A stretch of 64,000 nucleotides of DNA from the NCBI GenBank assembly GCA_965228195.1, contig OZ245797.1, positions 452,088 to 516,087 on the forward strand, written 5' to 3'. Shown piece after piece: positions 32,300 to 42,332 of the stretch. Within the stretch, counting starts at the first letter, position 1, and each line of letters starts with the position of its first letter. The notes beneath the pieces were generated by a model that saw nothing but the letters and a program-made list of their open reading frames with translations, was not told the DNA's origin and did not search any database. The position numbers were made by a program, and so were the translations under genes. The DNA comes from Candidatus Cloacimonadales bacterium (lineage in GTDB: Bacteria > Cloacimonadota > Cloacimonadia > G963667145).

Positions 32300-33895
32300 A
32301 TGAAAAAGGGTTCTCCTTTCTTACTCATTCTACTCATCTTGTGGCAGCCACTCTGGAGCGTGGAGGCAAAATTTTACGGCTTCATCTACAAGTATCCCGT
32401 CACAATGCAGCTAGATATTGGCAACGACAACAAACTGGTCGGTCACTACTTCTACGACAAGCAGCAAAAGAAGATCGCCATCCAAGGAGAACTAAAAGGC
32501 GAAGATAAGAAGCTGTTTTTAAAAACCGACAACGGGTCAGAGAGCTTTGTGGGTTATCTGCTAAACTACAAAGAGCAAGAAAATAACCGAATAATCGGCA
32601 GATGGAACTATAAAAACAAAGAGTTGCCTTTCGAGTTTCAAAAACAAAGGTTTACAGCTGAAGACGACCGCTACTACCAAAAAACCGGACTCCACATAAA
32701 TCCCATTGCCGACAATTACTTGCAAAAAGAGGAGATAGAGGTTTTCACAAAGTTAGTTTTTGAACACTGCATCTGGGAAGTTTATGGCTCTAACCAGATC
32801 CAGTTTGATGCTCACCCCAACGCTTTGGACAAGACCAATCAAACCAGAATAGTGGAGTTGACGGAAGAGGTAAGAAGCCAAGCGGGAAGGTATTATGGCT
32901 ACAACTCGACTGTGGATCGAAACTTTCTTGCCGATCTGTTAAGATTATGCCACAACCCAAAAGAGATCTTGAAAAACTTCACGGGAGACTCGCCTTTTGA
33001 CAAGTATAGCCAAAACGCTAACAACTACTTCACCCGTTGGAGTTTTGCCAGCGTTTACAACTTCAACCTTTATAAGGAGTTTAAAAAAGAAGAAGCGAAA
33101 TTGAAGAAGGAGCTGATCGCCTTTTATAAGCAGAAAAAATTTAGCCAAGCTCAAGCAAACTATTTGGCAGATTATACCGAGTATCAGATCCGCAATAAAG
33201 CTTACGGCTCGTCTGCCTCTGCCGACTATAAGGAGAACTCCAAGCTACTCCAAAAGATCGTTGCGGGCGACGAAGCCGCATCAATAGTAGCGGAAATAGA
33301 CTCAGACAAATATGACAACGACGAGCTTTTTTTGTGTCTGAATGCGGCGATCTTGCTAAAAAGAGAGACAAAGATTATCCAGAAACTACTAAAAAATGTG
33401 GAGAACATCGACTCTTTTGAAGAGAGTCCCCTCTCCAGTGCTGTGCAAAACTTGCAAACATTAAAATTTTTACTCAAAGACAAAGAGCTGCGGCTGGATG
33501 TAAACCACAAAAATCCATTCGGCAAAACGCCACTGTTTTATGCCATCCAATACAACCAGCACGAAGCCGCTCGGCTACTGCTAGAAAAAGGAGCGGATGT
33601 TAACCAAAAATACGCCAGTGCAGCCGAGATCGAAAACATTTTGGAGTACCCCAAAGAGATCTACCATACACAAAGAACACCTTTGATGCACGCTGCCCAG
33701 CATGCGGATGTGAAGATGCTTGGGTTATTGTTAGAAAAAAAATCTCATCTTGAAGATTTGGACGAGGTCGGCTTTAACGCCCTAGATTACGCCATCTATG
33801 GAGAGAACAAAGAGAATGTCGCCTTTTTGCAAAGCTTGAACCTGACGACAAACAAATCTGCCCACCAATTCCGAAAACGAATAGCTTATTGGTAA
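32300..33895 (+). CDS. Exported ankyrin-repeat protein
   Basis: Signal peptide; GKTPLFYA...LLEKGADVN, RTPLMHAA, NALDYA repeats. Confidence 0.85.
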   Translation: MKKGSPFLLILLILWQPLWSVEAKFYGFIYKYPVTMQLDIGNDNKLVGHYFYDKQQKKIAIQGELKGEDKKLFLKTDNGSESFVGYLLNYKEQENNRIIGRWNYKNKELPFEFQKQRFTAEDDRYYQKTGLHINPIADNYLQKEEIEVFTKLVFEHCIWEVYGSNQIQFDAHPNALDKTNQTRIVELTEEVRSQAGRYYGYNSTVDRNFLADLLRLCHNPKEILKNFTGDSPFDKYSQNANNYFTRWSFASVYNFNLYKEFKKEEAKLKKELIAFYKQKKFSQAQANYLADYTEYQIRNKAYGSSASADYKENSKLLQKIVAGDEAASIVAEIDSDKYDNDELFLCLNAAILLKRETKIIQKLLKNVENIDSFEESPLSSAVQNLQTLKFLLKDKELRLDVNHKNPFGKTPLFYAIQYNQHEAARLLLEKGADVNQKYASAAEIENILEYPKEIYHTQRTPLMHAAQHADVKMLGLLLEKKSHLEDLDEVGFNALDYAIYGENKENVAFLQSLNLTTNKSAHQFRKRIAYW

Positions 33896-33974
33896 AAATA
33901 GTCGTCGGCAAAGCAACAAAAAATCTTGCTATTTTGTTTGACACGCCAACGCCAAAATTTTGTATGGAGTCGTT

Positions 33975-34049
33975 TCTGGAATAGCTCAGCGGTAGAGCGG
34001 GTGGCTGTTAACCACTAGGTCGGGGGTTCGAATCCCTCTTCCAGAGCCA
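33975..34049 (+). tRNA. tRNA-Asn(GTT)
   Basis: TCTGGAATAGCTCAG...CTGTTAA...GTTCGAATC...GCCA. Confidence 0.97.
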
Positions 34050-34056
34050 TTTTTTT

Positions 34057-34104
34057 AAAAAAAAAGCAGCTAACTTCTAAAAAAGTTGGTTGCTTATTTT
34101 TTTT
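34057..34104. terminator. Bidirectional terminator between tRNA-Asn and rlmN
   Basis: AAGCAGCTAACTT/AAGTTGGTTGCTT stem flanked by A- and T-runs between convergent genes. Confidence 0.7.
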
Positions 34105-35140
34105 GGGTGGTAAACTGGGCTTTCCCTGCCAGCTGCCCGCAAGCCGCTTGCACCTTTGCTCCTTGGGAATTGCGCAGAGTGTAATGAACCGAGCTGTTGT
34201 CAAAAAGCGCACAGAACCTGGCGATCTCGGCTTTGCTGGGAGCCACAAACTCTAGCCCTTCCACCTTGTTGTAAGGGATGAAGTTCACCTTGGCAGGTAA
34301 CACCCCCAGATAAGAGATGAGCGCCTTGGCAGAGGCTCTGTCCATATTGATCTTGGGCAAGAGGATATACTCGAAAGTCAGCTTAAAAGGCGATGCTTTA
34401 CCGAAAGCAAACAAAGCCCTTTTTAACTCTGGCAAGCTGTATCTTTTGGCAATCGGCATCAGCTTCGCCCGCTGCTCTGCCAAAGCCGAGTGGAAAGAGA
34501 TTGCCAGTTTGAGGTTCGGCTCCTCTTGAGCAAGGCGAACTATCTTGTCAGCCAAACCACAAGTGGAGATAACGATCCGCTTTGCACCCAACCCGAAGAA
34601 GTTTTTGGCAGAACGAACACTAAACAAGGTGGCATCGTAGTTAGCCAACGGCTCTCCCATCCCCATATAGACCAAGTTACTCAACCTCTGCCCTTGCTCT
34701 GAGCAAGCTTTGGCTGCCCAGAAGATTTGGGCTACTATCTCCGCTGGCTTCAGGTTGCGGCTAAAGCCCATCTTGCCTGTGGCACAAAAGCTGCACCCCA
34801 TCTGGCAACCGACCTGAGTCGAGACACAAAGGGTGCGCCGATGCCCAGCGCTCATCAAGACACTTTCGATGCTGCTACCGTCTGCCATCTCCAGAGCCAC
34901 TTTCAGCGAGTCGTCCCCCGCCTTCTGCTGACTGGTGACCGCCGGCATCTCCCAGCTGAGTTCACTTGCCAAAACCTTCTTCAACTTTTGCGGAAGATTT
35001 TTCATCTGCTCTAGATCCAAGACAAATTTATCGTAAACCCAGTTCAAAACTTGCTGGGCTCGAAACCTGGGGAAACCTCGCTCACCCAAAAATTTTGCCA
35101 ACTCCTTGGCAGAGGCAAAATCGAAAATATGCTTTTTAAT
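34094..35140 (-). CDS. rlmN: 23S rRNA m2A2503 / tRNA dual-specificity methyltransferase (start uncertain: ATT 35140 or TTG 35101)
   Basis: CVSTQVGCQMGCSFC, MGMGEPL, AACGQL. Confidence 0.95.
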   Translation of the reverse strand: MKKHIFDFASAKELAKFLGERGFPRFRAQQVLNWVYDKFVLDLEQMKNLPQKLKKVLASELSWEMPAVTSQQKAGDDSLKVALEMADGSSIESVLMSAGHRRTLCVSTQVGCQMGCSFCATGKMGFSRNLKPAEIVAQIFWAAKACSEQGQRLSNLVYMGMGEPLANYDATLFSVRSAKNFFGLGAKRIVISTCGLADKIVRLAQEEPNLKLAISFHSALAEQRAKLMPIAKRYSLPELKRALFAFGKASPFKLTFEYILLPKINMDRASAKALISYLGVLPAKVNFIPYNKVEGLEFVAPSKAEIARFCALFDNSSVHYTLRNSQGAKVQAACGQLAGKAQFTTQKK

Positions 35141-35588
35141 AATGGTACTCCTTACCAGCGGTGATGGTGAAAGCCCGATAAATCTGCTCGCAAAGCAAGG
35201 CTCTGATCATATCGTGCGTGAAAGTCATCGCCGAAAAACTCAGCAGCAGATCGGCACTCTGTTTGATAGAGGGAGCAAACCCAAAAGCTCCTCCGATGAA
35301 AAAGCTTATCTCTTGGTTAGAGTTCTTTTGCAAGAATCTGGCAAACTGACAAGAGTTGAACTGAGTTCCTGCCTCGTCTAACAAGATGTTCAAACCACTT
35401 TTGCTAAAATTGGATAAAACAAGTTTTGCCTCTTGCTCTTGGACTTGAACCTTAGAGGCAGCTTTTTTTGTTTTGGGCAGATCGACAACCTTCAGCGGTT
35501 GAAACTTGGTTGCCAGTTTGAGGTAGTAATCTATCAGCTCTTTTACCTGCTTGTTTTTGGTCTTGCCCACCCAGAAAATCTTGATCAT
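35136..35588 (-). CDS. rlmH: 23S rRNA m3Psi1915 methyltransferase
   Basis: FFIGGAFG, MTFTH, EQIYRAFTI, terminal YH. Confidence 0.95.
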   Translation of the reverse strand: MIKIFWVGKTKNKQVKELIDYYLKLATKFQPLKVVDLPKTKKAASKVQVQEQEAKLVLSNFSKSGLNILLDEAGTQFNSCQFARFLQKNSNQEISFFIGGAFGFAPSIKQSADLLLSFSAMTFTHDMIRALLCEQIYRAFTITAGKEYHY

Positions 35589-36359
35589 CTACAAAAAAAT
35601 AAGCGAGTTTCGGCAACTGCACTCATCTTGGTTCAGATAAAGGGCAAAAACTTTTCCGAAAGCTTCGATCAGCTTGGCTTTGTTTTGCGCCATACTGGAG
35701 ACAATCTCGTCGTGGAAGATCTCTGCCTGAACCCCGCTACACATATTGGTGACCACCCCCACACTGGCGTAACACATCCCCAGCTCTTTGGCAAGACACA
35801 CCTCGGGAACCCCCGTCATGCCGATGACATCGGCACCCATTTTGGTGTAAGCCCTTATCTCGCTAGCCGTCTCAAACCGAGGACCTTGGGTGCAACCATA
35901 GACGACACCTTCTGTGAAGGTTAGCTCTTTGGCGACTTGCTTTAGTTTGGTTTGCAGATAGTTGCAATAAGGCGACTCCATCCTCACATGAGCCACCGAG
36001 CCAACATCGTCGTAATAAGAGCTGACCCTGCCGCTGGTAAAGTCGATGAAGTCATCCGGCAACACCAGATCGCCAACCCGATAAGAGCGATGACAAGATC
36101 CCACAGCAGCTACTGCGTAAACGAACCTCACCCCCAGCTTTTGCAAAGCTTTCATATTGGAGCGGTAGTTTATACGATGTGGCGGGGTGCAATGATCTTT
36201 GCCGTGGCGTGCCAAAAAAGCTACCTTTACCCCCGCAAACTCGCCCACATCAAGCTCGACAGCTCCGAAGTCGGTCTGCACGCGCACGCTCTTTAGCTTG
36301 CTTGCTTGCGCATCATAAACGCCGGTGCCACCGATTATCGCTCTGGTAACTTGCTCCAT
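35589..36359 (-). CDS. mtnP: MTAP-family purine nucleoside phosphorylase
   Basis: IIGGTG, RHG..H..PPH, GPRFET..E, GMT..PE motifs. Confidence 0.88.
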   Translation of the reverse strand: MEQVTRAIIGGTGVYDAQASKLKSVRVQTDFGAVELDVGEFAGVKVAFLARHGKDHCTPPHRINYRSNMKALQKLGVRFVYAVAAVGSCHRSYRVGDLVLPDDFIDFTSGRVSSYYDDVGSVAHVRMESPYCNYLQTKLKQVAKELTFTEGVVYGCTQGPRFETASEIRAYTKMGADVIGMTGVPEVCLAKELGMCYASVGVVTNMCSGVQAEIFHDEIVSSMAQNKAKLIEAFGKVFALYLNQDECSCRNSLIFL

Positions 36360-36360
36360 C

Positions 36361-36810
36361 TTACAGATCTTTCCCCAAATCTCCGACAAACTCGATAGCC
36401 GGATTTTTCTTCTTCATCTTGCTCAAGGCGTCCAAAACTCCCGGATAGCCAAGGTTGAAGGTGTAATTTTTGACGGTGTCTCCTTGGGAGTAGCTCAACT
36501 GCAGATAACGCATCCTTTTATCCAAGAAACGAATCTTGATGATGTTTGCCAAATCCACTCGAAAGGCAGGTAGTGCCAGCTTCTTGAAGATCACCTGATC
36601 GTCGGTCAAAACAAGCGAATTAAGGGTAAACAGGTTGCGAAAGACGGAGTTGGCTGCTAGCACAACCACCACATAAGGCAAAAACAGTCTCAGTTTGCCC
36701 TCGGGATGAAAACTCAAGATGGCGTAAACCGCGTAGGCGATAGCCATCACTCCGACAAAAAGGGTGAAAAATCGCAAGAACGGGTTGAACCTAAATCTCT
36801 CTTTGGTCAT
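36361..36810 (-). CDS. Hypothetical membrane protein
   Basis: Two TM segments, GGAG RBS, abuts the downstream gene. Confidence 0.7.
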   Translation of the reverse strand: MTKERFRFNPFLRFFTLFVGVMAIAYAVYAILSFHPEGKLRLFLPYVVVVLAANSVFRNLFTLNSLVLTDDQVIFKKLALPAFRVDLANIIKIRFLDKRMRYLQLSYSQGDTVKNYTFNLGYPGVLDALSKMKKKNPAIEFVGDLGKDL

Positions 36811-36876
36811 CGTTTATCTCCTTCAATAAAAAAAAGCACCTACTTTAACCCCTGAAGGTAAATAGATGCTTGAAAA

Positions 36877-36953
36877 TGGCGGGAGTGACGGGACTCGAAC
36901 TCGCGACCTTCTGCGTGACAGGCAGACGTTCTAACCAACTGAACTACACCCCC
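36877..36953 (-). tRNA. tRNA-Asp(GTC)
   Basis: GGGGGTGTAGTTCAG...CTGTCAC...GTTCGAGTCC...GCCA. Confidence 0.97.
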
Positions 36954-36984
36954 AAAACTGAACGACCGACAGTTATAAAAAAAA

Positions 36985-37060
36985 TGGTGGGTGTTGAGGG
37001 ACTTGAACCCCCGACCACCTGCTTGTAAGGCAGGTGCTCTCCCAACTGAGCTAAACACCC
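36985..37060 (-). tRNA. tRNA-Val(TAC)
   Basis: GGGTGTTTAGCTCAG...CTTACAA...GTTCAAGTC...ACCA. Confidence 0.97.
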
Positions 37061-37070
37061 ATTTTTTAAA

Positions 37071-37148
37071 TGGTCGGGGTAGAAGGATTCGAACCTTCGA
37101 CCCCTGGTTCCCAAAACCAGTGCGCTAACCGGACTGCGCTACACCCCG
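37071..37148 (-). tRNA. tRNA-Pro(TGG)
   Basis: CGGGGTGTAGCGCAG...TTTGGGA...GTTCGAATCC...ACCA. Confidence 0.96.
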
Positions 37149-37236
37149 AACTGTGAACCATCAATCTTGTTTCCCTACACAAAAAAAAGGGTGTTTATGG
37201 TCAAGCATTTTCTTCGCATTTTAGATTTTTTTTTTG

Positions 37237-38349
37237 TTAAACCCCGGCGTAACTGGTCTTGCAACCTTGATACTGGGCGTAGATAGCCATCAGCAGAAGG
37301 CTATAGTTGAGGTTGCTAAACTTGGTGACCGTATCTAAATACTCCACCAACTCGGGGAAGTTGTGCGTCAACTGGAAATCTCGCTCGGCTATCTCTTGCA
37401 AAAACTCCTGATGATCGAAATTGGTGATCGGAGTGATGCCCAAAGAGAGCTTGTAAACATCCAAGATGAAAGAGCCCAAATAGCGCAAAACCACCAACAT
37501 CTCGTTTTTGAAAGAAGGTTTGCCCAGAGTAGTTGCCATCTGATTGAGACCCAAATCGTCTTGGCAAGAGATTGCCCGCAGGAGCTTTAAGGCAAGGTCT
37601 CTGAGTTCCAGACCATACCCTTTGTTCAACCTGATGGCACGAGAGGCATCGCCATCGGCTATCTTGGCAAAAAGCTCCGCCTTGGTGCTTTCCACCGCAT
37701 AATGCGTCTGCAAAATGTCGGCGATCACCTTCCAGGGAAGTTTGACGAAAGGAACTCCTTTGCAACGAGAGATAATCGTCGGCAATAAACTCTCTTTTTG
37801 CTCGGTTATCAAGATGATAATGCAATCTTTGGGCGGCTCTTCCAAGATCTTCAAAAAAGCGTTCGCCGCATTTTGGTTCATCAAATGAGCATCTTCGATG
37901 ATGCAAACCTTGTATTTACTCTGGCTAGCGCTCATATTCAGGCGACGGAAAAGCATATGAACAGCGTCGATGCGAATAAGGGTGCCCGCCGAGAAAAAAA
38001 ATCTTTTGTAAGGGGTGTCTATCTTGTTTTGCAAGTAAGCTGAGTACTCTTTTAGGTATTTACTCTCACCTATAGAGCCATCGGGCTGAAACTTGAGGTT
38101 AGGCGTCGGAAAGATGTAGGTAAAATCTGGATGAGAGAAAGCCAAAAATTTTTTGCAAGAGTCACAGAGTCGACAAGGCTTTTTGCCTTCCGAAGTGCAG
38201 TTTATAGTCATGGCAAACTCCAGCGCCTTGCTAAATTTGCCCACGCCACTAGGACCGTAAAACAAAAAACTGCCCTGCACCCTGCCGGAGTCGAAAGCGT
38301 TGCGCAAGAGTTGGTTGGCTCGCTCTTGTCCTTTTACTTTACTGAGCAT
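37237..38349 (-). CDS. holB: DNA polymerase III delta' subunit
   Basis: GPSGVGK, PCRLCDSC, HPD, NAFLKILEEPP, TIISRC. Confidence 0.9.
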   Translation of the reverse strand: MLSKVKGQERANQLLRNAFDSGRVQGSFLFYGPSGVGKFSKALEFAMTINCTSEGKKPCRLCDSCKKFLAFSHPDFTYIFPTPNLKFQPDGSIGESKYLKEYSAYLQNKIDTPYKRFFFSAGTLIRIDAVHMLFRRLNMSASQSKYKVCIIEDAHLMNQNAANAFLKILEEPPKDCIIILITEQKESLLPTIISRCKGVPFVKLPWKVIADILQTHYAVESTKAELFAKIADGDASRAIRLNKGYGLELRDLALKLLRAISCQDDLGLNQMATTLGKPSFKNEMLVVLRYLGSFILDVYKLSLGITPITNFDHQEFLQEIAERDFQLTHNFPELVEYLDTVTKFSNLNYSLLLMAIYAQYQGCKTSYAGV

Positions 38350-38923
38350 AGTTTTGCGGATACAAGATTCGCTCTACCTCTTGGATGATGATGTGCAAGA
38401 CGATCATATGCACCTCTTGCACTCTGTCGGAGGTTGCCGCAGGAACCAAGAAGGAGTCGTCGCACTCCTGCAAAAGCTTGCCTCCGTCTTTACCCAAGAA
38501 GCCGACACAATAGATTCCCCGACTCTTTGCTTCTTTGACGGCAGCCAAAACATTGGCTGAGTTACCGCTGGTGGAGATAGCTACCAAGAGATCGCCCTTC
38601 TTGCCATAAGCTGCCACGCCGCGGGCAAAAACCTGCTCAAATCCGTAGTCGTTGCCGACACAAGTCAGATAAGAAGGGTCACAAAGAGCTATGGCTGGCA
38701 AAGCCGGACGGTCTTGGCAAAATCTGCCGGTGAACTCCTCGGCAAAGTGCATCGCATCGCACATACTACCACCGTTTCCACAAGAGATAGCTTTGCCTCC
38801 AGCCTGCAAAACTTTTGCCAACCTGTTTGCGACAGCTTTGGTCTTGGCGATGTTCTCCTCTTTGCTGATAAAATCTTGTAAAAAGTTCAAACTGTCTTGA
38901 TAAGATCTTTGGATATTTTTCAT
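38339..38923 (-). CDS. gmhA: Phosphoheptose isomerase
   Basis: CGNGGSMCDAMHFAEE, NDYG, STSGNS, QEVH. Confidence 0.95.
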   Translation of the reverse strand: MKNIQRSYQDSLNFLQDFISKEENIAKTKAVANRLAKVLQAGGKAISCGNGGSMCDAMHFAEEFTGRFCQDRPALPAIALCDPSYLTCVGNDYGFEQVFARGVAAYGKKGDLLVAISTSGNSANVLAAVKEAKSRGIYCVGFLGKDGGKLLQECDDSFLVPAATSDRVQEVHMIVLHIIIQEVERILYPQNYAQ

Positions 38924-38931
38924 CTTCCCTT

Positions 38932-40134
38932 CTAAAACTTAATCTTAAACAGGTCGATATCTATCCCATACCCTTTGGCAGAGGTGAGAAAACCATCGAA
39001 GAAAAAAAAAGCTACATTTGTTTCAAAATAGCTGAATATCAGTCCCGTCCTTAACTTATAAAACATCTTGTCGTCTTGCCCGCTTCCCACTATCACCTGC
39101 ATGGGTATGTGCAAGTTGGGCATATAGTTAAACCCAGCCGAGTAGCCGTCGTCCAAGGCGTAGTCACAATCTTTGAACTTGAGCATAAAACTAAAATCGC
39201 TAGTTAAATATCGCTCCATTCCAAAAACGATGGTAGGATCCAAAATCACGGTGTGGTCGTAAAGCTCTTGCTCATAAACCTCTTGTTCATCGAAATCTAT
39301 CGAACCAGGCAAATCTATATCTATCTCAATCCTCTCCTCTTTGACTTTGTTGTAATTCAGCGAAGCCATCAGATCGTCCACCGAAAAGTATATCCATCCG
39401 TTAGGGATCTCCATCTTCACCCCTACCCCCATTCCCAAACCAAAGCCAGAAAAGGTTTCACCGTCGTCAGAGTAGTATTTGGTAAAAGCGATATCGGCAC
39501 TAGAGTCGCTAATCTCGAAGTAGTCGGTCTCCACCTTGGAGTAGTAAATAGGCGAGTAAACATTAACACTAAATCCAGGAGAAAAGGAAAAATTCAAGAA
39601 GTCAAAATCGAGAAAATTATCGATATAGAAAGGTTTCTTTTTGGAGTAAACAAAACTGCTTTTGACAAAAACCATCGCCTGAGAGCCATCGGCTGGGTTC
39701 ATATTTTTCAGCTTAGCCATCGCCGTGGAGTCCATATTGCCTTCGAAGATGAAGGTAAGGAAGTTTGAGCTGAGGTTAATCAGATTACCATAGGCGATAA
39801 CCTTGGTGGTAAAGTTCCAGTTCCAACTCCCAAAGCTAAGAGCCGTAACGCTGTTGTAAGTTTTGAAGTTGAAGTCGTTGTCGGTCAAAAAAGCTCTATC
39901 GTCGTCGGTCAAGGTGTAGTCTGACCGGCACATATCCAGCACCTTCTCAAAACCTTTGTAGTCAAAGGCGTCGTTGGCGACCCCAATTTGAAAAACGCTA
40001 CCGGGTAACCTAACTTGCGAATACTCTCTGCTTGCATAAACCGCTTGGTTTTCGGGGAAAAATAGAAGAGTGGCAAAACCAGAAGAGACAAAAGCCAAGA
40101 AAAAGAAAAGCAGAGCAACTTTTTTCGTTCTCAC
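38932..40134 (-). CDS. Hypothetical outer-membrane beta-barrel protein
   Basis: Signal peptide, aromatic beta-strands, terminal Phe. Confidence 0.6.
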   Translation of the reverse strand: MRTKKVALLFFFLAFVSSGFATLLFFPENQAVYASREYSQVRLPGSVFQIGVANDAFDYKGFEKVLDMCRSDYTLTDDDRAFLTDNDFNFKTYNSVTALSFGSWNWNFTTKVIAYGNLINLSSNFLTFIFEGNMDSTAMAKLKNMNPADGSQAMVFVKSSFVYSKKKPFYIDNFLDFDFLNFSFSPGFSVNVYSPIYYSKVETDYFEISDSSADIAFTKYYSDDGETFSGFGLGMGVGVKMEIPNGWIYFSVDDLMASLNYNKVKEERIEIDIDLPGSIDFDEQEVYEQELYDHTVILDPTIVFGMERYLTSDFSFMLKFKDCDYALDDGYSAGFNYMPNLHIPMQVIVGSGQDDKMFYKLRTGLIFSYFETNVAFFFFDGFLTSAKGYGIDIDLFKIKF

Positions 40135-40136
40135 TG

Positions 40137-42332
40137 CTAAAGGTCTCCAAAGTTATTATACTTGAACTCTATATTACCTTCCAACTCTAAGTCACCGGCA
40201 AAAGAGGCTGCCGAACCACAGACATATATCTTCACCCCCACAAAAGAACTATCAAAAGTAAAAGGTTCCAAGTCTCGTTGCAAAAGTTCGGCCGAAACGG
40301 TTCCGTTAGTGGTGTTAGGCTGTAAGCTATCTAACTCTATGACCCTGGCTATATAACCAGGAAACCCTTCGCTGTTCATCGTGGTGGTAGTGGCGTTAGT
40401 CTGAATATCGTCGTCGTAAAGAACACTCTTGTCGGTGCTGATAATCACCTTGGCTCCCAAAAGCATATTGGAAGAGTTTTTATACTCCAAGATAAACTCA
40501 CCACCCAGGTAGTTGTCAAACATACTTTGCTCTACTTTGGCAGAGTGAAACTCTTTGCGCATACCTTCAAACCCATCGCCATAATCTTCGCGAAGCTCAA
40601 AAATAAGGCTATCACCCTCTGTGTCAAAGGTAATAGGGCTACTGATGTGGACGCGAACATCCATATTTTCCGAGGCATCGATTTTCACCACGCTATCTGA
40701 GGCTTTGATGGTAGGCAAAACAGAGTAAGCTATCTCCTCGGGCAGTATTTTTAGCAAATTCAAAAAACTTTTTTCGTCGGGAAGATTGCTTTCGTAGTAG
40801 CTCAAAGAGAAAGGGGAGATATCCAAAAGCAAGCTGTCTTGATAAAAGGCTTGCTGGTTGTCTCGACTACTTTCCATCTTGGTCTCAAACTTGATTATAT
40901 CTTCTACTTCCGAAGAGCCATCTTTGCTGATAATCGAATTCATCCGAAAAGAGATGGTTGGTTCACCCAACATCTTCAACTCTTTAACTTCGTTTCCGTT
41001 TTTATCGGTCACTTTTAAACGGTTCAAATCAACAGGGAAGCTTCCGCTATTCTCTCCAAAGATAACATCTTCGATAACCTTGCACTCCATCTGGTCAATT
41101 TCCAAAGATGCCAAATCCATCTTAATCTTTACTTTTTGTTCAGAGGCACGCACAAAACTTTTCGTTTCGGGAAAAGCGAGTTTTGCCAAAACCGTGATTG
41201 TGTCCACTAAATCTGCGCCTGGGCTATAATCTTCGCCAAGATATTTATCGGAAAAAAAGAGATACTGGTCACCTTCTCGGCTATCCTGATTGGAGGCTCT
41301 ACCCATTATCGTAAAATCGGAGCTCAAAGAGTCTTGATCGTATTTACTGTTTTGCACCTGGGGGAAAGTGAGCATCGCTTTCACATTAGACTCGGAGAAG
41401 TTTTCAAACTCTACTTTTAAAACATTGTCGGTGTTGTAAGTGGTTTGCACATTGTAAATATCAAAATCAGATTCGCCATTACCGTTGCGATCGATCTTCA
41501 CCTCTTGCGTCCAACTAGCTTCCACGGTATCTGCCTGCATCTTCCCCACATAGTCATCAGCACTTATCTGGTAGTCATAACCGCCATAATTTTCGAAACT
41601 AACATTAACTGCCAAACTGTTGGTTTTGCTTAAAGAAAGATTCTTTTCTTCTTTAACATTTCCCTCAACTTCTACATCAATATATTGGGAGCAAGTACCC
41701 CCGCCAATATTTTTTTCTTCAAATACCTCGTCCCCAATATCGACCACCGGGAAACTAAAAGTTGCCAAACTCTCACCATCGGAGTTATAAACCTTTACTT
41801 TCAAAGAGGTTATCTCAAAGCCTGTTTGGTTTTTTACGGTGACTTTTAGCGTAGCTGTCCTTATGGTGACAGATTGGAAAATCAAATAAGGGTCTGAATA
41901 ATCTCTGGTGCTTTTGCTTGCCTGAAAACTAAAATCTGGAAAAGTGAGGCTTGCTGCGCCGTTGTCAAGCACAGAAAAATTTTCTTCGCTGATCTCTTTC
42001 AAGCTAAAAGAGACATTTTTTGCATCTATTCCCGAAAGAAAAAAAGGAACTGGTCTTTGAAAGGTTTTAGCAGCGTAGCTCACGGCGTTAAGCTTTATGT
42101 TGCTACCTTCGTTGTAGGTAATGATGGTGTCTATGCAAAGCTCTCCCGTCTCTTGGTCGGCACTCACCCCTTGGGTGTATTTGCTCATTTCGGTGGCAAT
42201 ATCGTAACTCTCGTCCAAGATCTTGATGCGATAGGAAGCTTCGTTATCTGGTATCCCGAAGTTTTCGAAATTTACATCACAACCCAAAAATAAGCCAGTT
42301 AGTAATAGTAAAAAAAGTTTTCCTATTTTCAT
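40137..42332 (-). CDS. Large hypothetical lipoprotein
   Basis: Lipobox LFLGC; acidic, beta-rich, 731 aa; start overlaps the kdsD stop. Confidence 0.7.
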   Translation of the reverse strand: MKIGKLFLLLLTGLFLGCDVNFENFGIPDNEASYRIKILDESYDIATEMSKYTQGVSADQETGELCIDTIITYNEGSNIKLNAVSYAAKTFQRPVPFFLSGIDAKNVSFSLKEISEENFSVLDNGAASLTFPDFSFQASKSTRDYSDPYLIFQSVTIRTATLKVTVKNQTGFEITSLKVKVYNSDGESLATFSFPVVDIGDEVFEEKNIGGGTCSQYIDVEVEGNVKEEKNLSLSKTNSLAVNVSFENYGGYDYQISADDYVGKMQADTVEASWTQEVKIDRNGNGESDFDIYNVQTTYNTDNVLKVEFENFSESNVKAMLTFPQVQNSKYDQDSLSSDFTIMGRASNQDSREGDQYLFFSDKYLGEDYSPGADLVDTITVLAKLAFPETKSFVRASEQKVKIKMDLASLEIDQMECKVIEDVIFGENSGSFPVDLNRLKVTDKNGNEVKELKMLGEPTISFRMNSIISKDGSSEVEDIIKFETKMESSRDNQQAFYQDSLLLDISPFSLSYYESNLPDEKSFLNLLKILPEEIAYSVLPTIKASDSVVKIDASENMDVRVHISSPITFDTEGDSLIFELREDYGDGFEGMRKEFHSAKVEQSMFDNYLGGEFILEYKNSSNMLLGAKVIISTDKSVLYDDDIQTNATTTTMNSEGFPGYIARVIELDSLQPNTTNGTVSAELLQRDLEPFTFDSSFVGVKIYVCGSAASFAGDLELEGNIEFKYNNFGDL

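Noticed and set aside
33975-37148. Prophage or island integrated at the tRNAs
   Set aside because: No duplicated tRNA 3' ends, integrase or phage genes were seen.
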